Assembly: GCF_000012805.1 (NCBI RefSeq)
Contig: NC_007484.1
Location: forward strand, 2,550,001 to 2,582,000
Length of the DNA stretch: 32,000 nt
Reading direction: 5' to 3'
Origin: Nitrosococcus oceani ATCC 19707
GTDB taxonomy: Bacteria > Pseudomonadota > Gammaproteobacteria > Nitrosococcales > Nitrosococcaceae
The translations under genes were made by a program, and so were the position numbers. The notes under the pieces are model-generated. The model did no database searches and was not told the origin of the DNA. It was given only the letters and a program-made list of their open reading frames with translations. Below, piece after piece: positions 27,101-32,000 of the stretch (position 1 is the stretch's first letter; each line of letters begins with the position of its first letter).

Positions 27101-27720
27101 TGTTCCTCAACCTGCGGGCGATGACCTTTTATTTCTTCAATGGCATCAAGATAGAAGGTTTGCTCCAGATTATTTTCCGCATCCCTGGCACAGAGAAATA
27201 AGGCTTCATCCAGCCGCTCAAAAAAATCCCTTAAAATTATAGGAGAAAAATCAATTATTTGCTGCTGGCAAGCTTTTATGAGCGCATTGTCTCCTTGCTT
27301 ACCTTTTCGCTCATCGGGGTGCACAGTTCGTTTCAGCGCCGGTGTCGGCTTGGGAGGAACTCGCCGTGACTGGGCGGTAAGATAGTGGAGAACTTGCAAT
27401 ACCTCGGGCCCAGGCTTGGAAAATGCTACGCCTATTCCTCCTTCAGACACTCGCGCCATACGGACATTAAGCGAAAAATCCTTATGACCGGCAGGTGTTG
27501 GACAAGAGAGATGGACGGTGATCGTCTCGCCCGTATGCCCTCGAAACTGAATATAAGCCGCCTGGGAATCCCTAGGGACCAAAAATAATCCGCCCAGGCA
27601 AAAATCTCGAATTTCCACCTCGCGCCGCCCTAATCGTGCGCTATTGATATAAGCATCCATCTGTACGGGTTGGCGCGGAAAGGCGCGGCGATCTAGCTTA
27701 CGCTCCTGCGGTGTATACAT
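24115..27720 (-). CDS. Multidomain c-di-GMP protein: N-terminal PilZ, long DUF1631-like helical region, degenerate GGDEF, EAL phosphodiesterase
   Basis: The 1201-aa ORF carries these domains:
- PilZ motifs RRAFPR (nt 27673-27690) and DFCLGG.
- A middle segment, ILRDFFERLDEALFLCARDAENNLEQTFYLDAIEEIK, that resembles DUF1631 proteins as I recall them.
- A GGDEF domain (THDPLTGLVNRKEF..LLYLDLDQFKIINSTCGYEAGD) whose signature reads GDNQF (nt 25138-25152).
- An EAL domain with EILLR (nt 24742-24756), CFEITE, DDFGSG, KIDG, AEFVES and QGY. Confidence 0.85.
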   Translation of the reverse strand: MYTPQERKLDRRAFPRQPVQMDAYINSARLGRREVEIRDFCLGGLFLVPRDSQAAYIQFRGHTGETITVHLSCPTPAGHKDFSLNVRMARVSEGGIGVAFSKPGPEVLQVLHYLTAQSRRVPPKPTPALKRTVHPDERKGKQGDNALIKACQQQIIDFSPIILRDFFERLDEALFLCARDAENNLEQTFYLDAIEEIKGHRPQVEEHWQKKILARLSALGTTGNAPLPPREDKTESSKLSMVDKDEFEDWLAIAEAVSKMEARYADPLFELEKRFSRLAGESLDKENNPVGPRAICRALQEAIRDLEISHYIKQRIYKVFKETAEDKLSLLYNNLNELLRGEGILPSLERKFAAPQRQSTLKKALPFSEESSVQANGAASSSMPDKQEEAPLSNPVSPASISPSSVLKPETHAFDRPQQADSTIATAEAYRVTRELLGLYKLGGRRPRGGEEPSGKAAASSLKANKAFANSSMTSVSEDRIAKRMAHLLPEIMEQEGTVHNDRSSAEACELMEITGNLLVSILEDSVLSENTKSWIEQLEAPLLRLAVLDKAFLHLEDHPARQLLNLLAQLEIPPSEERDDIDAQLEDNIDYLVEYIARDFDQDVAIFNRVLDELKHLLEQRTQSISSNIAQVVESYKAQQELKKKRRRIAEKQLEAGLGGAGDSRWGDPMPSVKNREEDPEEWVNRAKQLPLHCWVQFADGQNHLRRLQLVWVAEDCTTFVFVDSKGRKAATLSLNEVAMQLRRGTATVLEDANVPLLDRAQYAVLQKFHSHIAYEATHDPLTGLVNRKEFEQQANRALAKADHEAQSYVLLYLDLDQFKIINSTCGYEAGDALLKEIASLLTEFLPDGGILARLGDNQFGVLLNQCSHDEGCEIAEQQRIAIDNHRLVWNNKRLSVGASIGLVSVSEQKCDAAVLLQRAEAACMEAKEAGRNRIQACEFDDEEFRRRHGMIEWVARIDEVLEDGRLQLWCQRITPIADHLEMEPHYEILLRLRDQDGRWIAAGEFIQTAEFYHRMAAIDQWVIQSAFRWMADHKERLEQLGGIAINLSGQSLNDRRLVTFIKREFARTGVPPQRVCFEITETAGVANLSHSAQLIEAVKDLGCHFSLDDFGSGLSSYSYLKNLPVDYLKIDGAFVKDIATSPSDYAVVKSINEIGHFMGKKVIAEFVESKAILAKLQEIGVDFAQGYGIEPPQILSAIE

Positions 27721-27887
27721 ACTAAACTCTATCTGTATTGACTAATGGACGGGCCTTAAAACACCCCATAGGTATCGACCCTTGCTAGTCACTTCTTTAA
27801 TGTGCTTATGCTCCACGTTTATTCATCGTCTATATTTATTATTTTAAGATTTACTTCATTCAATCCCCTATGATAAGGAGAATAATA

Positions 27888-28616
27888 ATGGCTCAAACTA
27901 ATAGCGGCGACCGCACCCATGAGTGGTTCGTCCCTGCCTTTGGGCCATTGAAATTCCGGGTTCTGATGGGGCTGTTATTTCTTCCCTATACCGGTATGGT
28001 GCTTGCCTATACTGTGATTGGCTCGATGTTAGCCCCGGCAATACAGTGGGAACGGGTGATGGCTATCTTGCTCATTTACTTTCTTGCCCTAGGGATTGGC
28101 GCCCATGCGCTCGACGCCTTAGGTAGCAAGCATATCAAACCCTGGGGCCATGTTTTTTCGGTACGCCAGCTCCGTCTCCTCGCCGTGTTTTCCCTTCTCG
28201 CTGCCTATGGCATAGGCATTTACTATATGCTTCTCCATACCCCCTTACTCTGGCTCATTGCTATCCCCGAAGGCTTTTTTGTCCTGGCTTATAATTTAGA
28301 ATGGTTCAAGGGCCGGTTTCATACCGATGGCTGGTTTGCTTTGTCTTGGGGCGGTTTACCAGTCCTTGCGGGTTATATTCTACAAACTAACCAAATATCC
28401 TTAGCTGCCCTGGTAATTAGCGCTGCCATGGGTTGTTTAAGCCTGGTGGAAATTAAAGCATCGCGCCCCTATAAGGCACTCAAACGAGTTCCTACCATGG
28501 ACAGGGAAGAGAAAGATTTATCTCAAATACACACGCTGGAAAACATATTAAAGAGCATCAGCCTAGGAGTCATTTTACTGGCTGCCGGCATGGCCATCTG
28601 GCGTGGATGGGTCTAA
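27888..28616 (+). CDS. Polytopic membrane protein of unknown function
   Basis: Start set at ATG 27888, preceded by an AGGAG SD (the track start at 27870 is less likely). It has about 7-8 hydrophobic segments and no recognisable UbiA Asp-rich motifs. Its 3' end abuts or overlaps the polyprenyl synthase start. Confidence 0.6.
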   Translation: MAQTNSGDRTHEWFVPAFGPLKFRVLMGLLFLPYTGMVLAYTVIGSMLAPAIQWERVMAILLIYFLALGIGAHALDALGSKHIKPWGHVFSVRQLRLLAVFSLLAAYGIGIYYMLLHTPLLWLIAIPEGFFVLAYNLEWFKGRFHTDGWFALSWGGLPVLAGYILQTNQISLAALVISAAMGCLSLVEIKASRPYKALKRVPTMDREEKDLSQIHTLENILKSISLGVILLAAGMAIWRGWV

Positions 28617-28626
28617 AGTGAGCGCC

Positions 28627-29643
28627 ATGGGAGAAAAAGCAGAAGGCATAGATTTTTTCAGCTACTGGAAAGAGACTCGTACCCGGCTTGACCAAGAGCT
28701 AAACTGCCAAATACCCGTGCTTTTTTCTGCACTCGGCTCGCAGCAAATCGAGACTATCCAACAAATCATCAAGAATGGTAAACGTATTCGGGGCTGCCTG
28801 GTTTTCCTTATGAACCAAACCCAAGAGGGCAAACTTGAAGATGCCTTACCAAGAGCCGTCGCCATCGAATGTATTCAAGCAGCCTCACTCATCCATGACG
28901 ACTACCTCGATGAGGATGTCATTCGCCGCAAGCGCCCCGCAACCTGGACCGTAGAAGGACCACGAAGGGCAGTACTGCTAGGAGATATCATGTTCGCAAC
29001 CGCAATCCAGAGCATGGCGGAATTAAGCAAGGATGACGGCGCTACGGTTGCACGCGCCATTGCTACCGTGGCTAATGGCGCTTACCAAGAACTTTTTTGG
29101 CAAACGAAAACTAGGGAAAGAAGACTGCATAAACTACTCGAAAAAAATCTTTACGATCACATTATCTACCTTAAAACAGGCGCTCTTTTCGGTGCTGCCT
29201 GCCAGCTAGGCGCTATTGCGGCTGGTGCCCTCAGGGAAATCCCAACCCTAGCCTACGCCTTTGGTGCCCGGACTGGAGAAGCCTACCAAATTGCCGACGA
29301 TCTTGAAGACTTTATCGCCTGGTGGACACAACCTCAGAAGAACTTAAAAACACTTTCTTCGCTACTCCCAGCACTTCACTATTTTTGCCATAAAACAGGG
29401 CTTACCCTTCCCCGTCATACTTTTAGCTCGCAAAAGGCGCTACAGGACTGGAGCCAGCGTATTGGGCACAAGTTCATCTACTATATGGAGCAGGAAATCA
29501 ATCTACGTTTGAAGCAAGCGGAATCTTACATCGAATTTTTTCCTAACAATCCGTACACTCAAATACTCAGCAAGGCACCCGCCAAAATCACCGCCATGAT
29601 GCACTATTCCGCCACTACTTCCAGCGCCCTGTCTCAAGCATAA
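28627..29643 (+). CDS. Polyprenyl diphosphate synthase family protein (trans-isoprenyl diphosphate synthase)
   Basis: The first Asp-rich motif is DDYLD at 28897-28911, followed by RRKRP. The second is DDLED at 29296-29310. Small residues (A,S) sit at positions -5/-4 of the first motif. The start is uncertain: ATG 28627, GTG 28618 or GTG 28603. Confidence 0.85.
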   Translation: MGEKAEGIDFFSYWKETRTRLDQELNCQIPVLFSALGSQQIETIQQIIKNGKRIRGCLVFLMNQTQEGKLEDALPRAVAIECIQAASLIHDDYLDEDVIRRKRPATWTVEGPRRAVLLGDIMFATAIQSMAELSKDDGATVARAIATVANGAYQELFWQTKTRERRLHKLLEKNLYDHIIYLKTGALFGAACQLGAIAAGALREIPTLAYAFGARTGEAYQIADDLEDFIAWWTQPQKNLKTLSSLLPALHYFCHKTGLTLPRHTFSSQKALQDWSQRIGHKFIYYMEQEINLRLKQAESYIEFFPNNPYTQILSKAPAKITAMMHYSATTSSALSQA

Positions 29644-29655
29644 TGGGCTATTTTT

Positions 29656-30354
29656 TCATTTCCGGGCCGAAACGATGGCCGAGCCATAGAGGGTCAAATA
29701 CTCCCTCTGAATATGATGAAACCCCTCTTGTTGGAGGGATTCTTTCAGTTCCGTCAGCCAAGGACTCTCTTCAATCAGCTGGGGCAAACCATAATAAATT
29801 TCCCGCCAAGAGGGGAAAAAACGACTGCCAATAGTTTGTAGTATCTTGAAATAAAGACGCCAGAATCGGATGAGGTAGGGTTTAGGAGGGAAGGTAAAAT
29901 CATGCATTAAGAGTAAACCGCCCTCTTTCAGCATGGCTTTATTGTTATGGGTGAGGCTCCTTAGCTCGGCGTACTTAGCTAGGTAGGAAGAGCTGATGCA
30001 ATCAAAAGGTTCTTCTGAGCGATAATCTTCCGCCCGGCTTAATACTAACTCAATGTTTTTTAACCCTAATCTCTGAACTTTTTGGCGCGCAATCTTCAGA
30101 TACTCCTCCCGCAGCTCCACGCCAACGACCTGGCAGCCTGGATAGCGACTAGCAATCGCTAACGTAGAAATGCCCGTCCCGCAAGCCAAGTCCAAGATAC
30201 GGCTAGCGTTGGGGGGCATAAGATTAACCATCCTGCGCTTCCAAAGGCGATCGATACCAAAGGTCGCAAAATTAACCATAAAATCATAGCTCTTACCGGT
30301 GCCAGCAAAAAACCGCTGGACTAGCATCAATCTTGGATCAAGCTGTTTCATCAT
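29656..30354 (-). CDS. Class I SAM-dependent methyltransferase, UbiE/MenG/COQ5-like
   Basis: The 232-aa ORF has the UbiE-like N-terminus YDFMVNFATFGIDRLWKRRMV, SAM motif I ILDLACGTGISTLAIA and a post-I acidic VVGVELRE. It is convergent with the polyprenyl synthase gene, with a 12-nt gap. Confidence 0.8.
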   Translation of the reverse strand: MMKQLDPRLMLVQRFFAGTGKSYDFMVNFATFGIDRLWKRRMVNLMPPNASRILDLACGTGISTLAIASRYPGCQVVGVELREEYLKIARQKVQRLGLKNIELVLSRAEDYRSEEPFDCISSSYLAKYAELRSLTHNNKAMLKEGGLLLMHDFTFPPKPYLIRFWRLYFKILQTIGSRFFPSWREIYYGLPQLIEESPWLTELKESLQQEGFHHIQREYLTLYGSAIVSARK

Positions 30355-30460
30355 TTATTCCTGATAATCCATAATCTCTAGTAGCTGCGCCTGACACTCT
30401 ACCGGCCTAGGTCCAGACCTCTACCCATATACTATACTTAGACAGATGCAACTGTGGTTA

Positions 30461-30480
30461 CTTTTCCTTGATAGGAAAAG
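30461..30480 (+). promoter_or_regulatory. SD-sequestering hairpin (fourU-like) immediately upstream of the small coiled-coil ORF
   Basis: CTTTTCC-TTGATA-GGAAAAG forms a perfect 7-bp stem. The 3' arm contains the only purine-rich SD candidate (AGGAAAAGG), 7-14 nt before the ATG at 30487. Confidence 0.3.
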
Positions 30481-30486
30481 GTTTAA

Positions 30487-30792
30487 ATGTCAAAATTTAG
30501 CAAATTGAGTATAGAGCAAAATATTATGAAGCACGATAAAGATACCTTCGAAAAATTACTGGACAATCTCAAGCAACAACGTGATGAATTACGTGTGCAA
30601 GTGCATCTAGCAAAGCTTGAGGCCCAAGAAGAATGGGAAGAAGTAGAAAAAAAATGGGATAAATTAAAGCCCACGCTGGATGCGATCCGTGATGAGACCA
30701 TTGAAAGTTCAAAAAATATTTTTGCTTCCTTAGGTTCTATCGCTGAAGAAATCGAAAGCGGATATAAACGGATTAAAAAACACTTGGAATAA
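30487..30792 (+). CDS. Small charged coiled-coil protein, function unknown
   Basis: 101-aa ORF in an AT-rich segment with a heptad-like K/E-rich sequence (LLDNLKQQRDELRVQVHLAKLEAQEEWEEVEKKWDKLK). I recognise no family. An alternative start is at the second Met (30526). Confidence 0.5.
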   Translation: MSKFSKLSIEQNIMKHDKDTFEKLLDNLKQQRDELRVQVHLAKLEAQEEWEEVEKKWDKLKPTLDAIRDETIESSKNIFASLGSIAEEIESGYKRIKKHLE

Positions 30793-31501
30793 GCCCTAGT
30801 GCTGACTTAAAAAGCCAGCCATCACGGCATAAACGCTTGACCAATGCGAAAGGAATAGCAGATACGCTTTTTATTTTAAGATGTGCCCCAGAATAATTCG
30901 AGATTTTCCTAGAAAACAGCTAGTGATAGCCGAATAGCTACCTGGAGGATAAATGATAGGGTAAAGATTTTCCAGGCACAAAATTACGCGGGCTTCTTTT
31001 GATACTGCGCATTGTAGTGAGCTGATGTCTGATATCCAATGGAGGCATGGCGGGCTTGCTAAACGCTTAGACACGATCTAGCATGAGTTTAGTTTAACCA
31101 CCCGCACTTTCATTTCCGCTATATCGTGATTTACTTTCTTCTCCTGCATCACTACGCGCGCTCTTCTTGCTCTCTTTCTGACTTGAGTTCGTGCCTCCAA
31201 TAGATTATATAAGACCTCTTCAGAATACTTAAAACCTAAAGCCAAACAACCTTGGTCTTCTCTGCAGGTAAAAACCTAGATTAGGCTTCCGAATTGAAAA
31301 CACTAGCCATAAAACCAAGCATCTCACCCACTCCAACGAACAGTCGCTGTAAAAATATTCGGACTAAACTAAAACTATAACCAAAAATCCATTTTAGAGG
31401 AGGTATGATAAGGGCGCAATAATTTAAAAACCAACAGACCCTCCCTGCCCCGCGATGACAGGATACTCAAGAAAAGTCTACCACTAAAGGTAAAAAGTAT
31501 T

Positions 31502-32000
31502 ATGGAATGGATTGCCGATCCTCAAGCGTGGATAGCATTGGCAACGCTTACCGCACTTGAAGTTGTTCTCGGTATAGACAATATCATTTTTATTTCTATA
31601 CTTGTTTCCCGATTACCTCTTCAGCAACGGGACAAAGCAAGGATCGCTGGCCTATCATTGGCAATGGGCATGCGTATTGCTCTACTGCTCTCCCTTGCAT
31701 GGGTCATGGGCCTCACAACTCCTCTTTTTTCAATATTGGGAGAAGAAATAACAGGGCGAGAGATTATTCTCATTGGCGGCGGACTTTTCTTGTTAGCAAA
31801 AAGCACCATTGAAATTCACAATAGCCTTGAAGGAACGGAAGAGCACACTCAAAGCTCGCAAGCAGTAAGTTTCGGGGTAATTCTTGCTCAGATTGCCGTT
31901 TTAGACATCGTATTTTCCCTCGATTCAGTGATCACAGCTATTGGAATGGTAAGCCAAATCCCCGTCATGGTCATTGCCATCGTTATCGCGATTCTTATCA
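31502..32000 (+). CDS. TerC-family integral membrane protein (YoaE/YegH-like), 5' part only; runs off the window end
   Basis: My own translation from the ATG at 31502 is open to the window end and is not in the ORF track. It reads MEWIADPQAWIALATLTALEVVLGIDNIIFISILVSRLPLQQRDKARIAGLSLAMGMRIALL..VLDIVFSLDSVITAIG, which closely parallels the E. coli YoaE N-terminus as I recall it. Confidence 0.85.
   Translation, partial: MEWIADPQAWIALATLTALEVVLGIDNIIFISILVSRLPLQQRDKARIAGLSLAMGMRIALLLSLAWVMGLTTPLFSILGEEITGREIILIGGGLFLLAKSTIEIHNSLEGTEEHTQSSQAVSFGVILAQIAVLDIVFSLDSVITAIGMVSQIPVMVIAIVIAILI

Noticed and set aside
31080-31501. Possible yybP-ykoY Mn2+ riboswitch ahead of the TerC-family gene
   Set aside because: I could not find the conserved GGGGAGUAG-type loop sequences or the paired four-helix layout by eye. 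Only an Infernal scan could rule it out definitively.
1-32000. Search for CRISPR arrays, tRNA, rRNA or tmRNA genes, integrases, reverse transcriptases and canonical defence genes
   Set aside because: There are no regularly spaced direct repeats and no T-psi-C-like GGTTCGAATCC-type motifs in intergenic DNA. No ORF carries integrase, RT, restriction, Cas or other recognisable defence signatures. The only nuclease-type mobile genes are the two tnpB copies.

Overview
The window looks like proteobacterial (probably gammaproteobacterial) chromosome of about 50% GC. That call rests only on protein resemblances such as YghU, PrpBCD and YoaE-like TerC. It is mostly housekeeping or niche metabolic genes, interrupted by insertion-sequence debris.

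Gene order, left to right:
- edge fragment of an AbrB/MazE-type antitoxin (-)
- prpB-prpC-prpD methylcitrate operon (-), flanked by REP-like palindromes
- universal stress protein (-)
- stand-alone TnpB element #1 (-)
- START-domain protein plus a membrane-fusion protein, an ABC ATPase and two FtsX-type permeases (+)
- yghU-type glutathione S-transferase (-)
- scrambled mobile-DNA patch: HAD-hydrolase remnant, stand-alone TnpB element #2, frameshifted IS630-family transposase remnant
- uncharacterised module: ATP-grasp-like protein coupled to a CocE/NonD hydrolase (+), convergent with a D-Ala-D-Ala-ligase-like ATP-grasp enzyme (-)
- NfeD-like protein, PPK2, an EF-G paralog with a mutated switch II, and pterin-4a-carbinolamine dehydratase (all +)
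- YdjM-like membrane hydrolase (-), DUF1499 protein (+)
- a 1201-aa PilZ / DUF1631-like / degenerate-GGDEF / EAL protein (-)
- unknown polytopic membrane protein coupled to a polyprenyl diphosphate synthase (+), convergent with a UbiE-like methyltransferase (-)
- small coiled-coil protein (+)
- about 700 bp of AT-rich non-coding DNA, then the 5' part of a TerC/YoaE-family gene (+)

I saw no rRNA, tRNA or CRISPR array.

No canonical defence island is evident. The candidates most worth follow-up are:
- the two intact, TnpA-less TnpB genes with their predicted omega/reRNA regions
- the double ATP-grasp plus S15-hydrolase module next to the IS debris
- the EF-G paralog lacking the catalytic His, beside PPK2
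- the PilZ-to-EAL multidomain protein
- the orphan prenyl-lipid module

All functional calls come from motif recognition by eye. None has been checked against a database.
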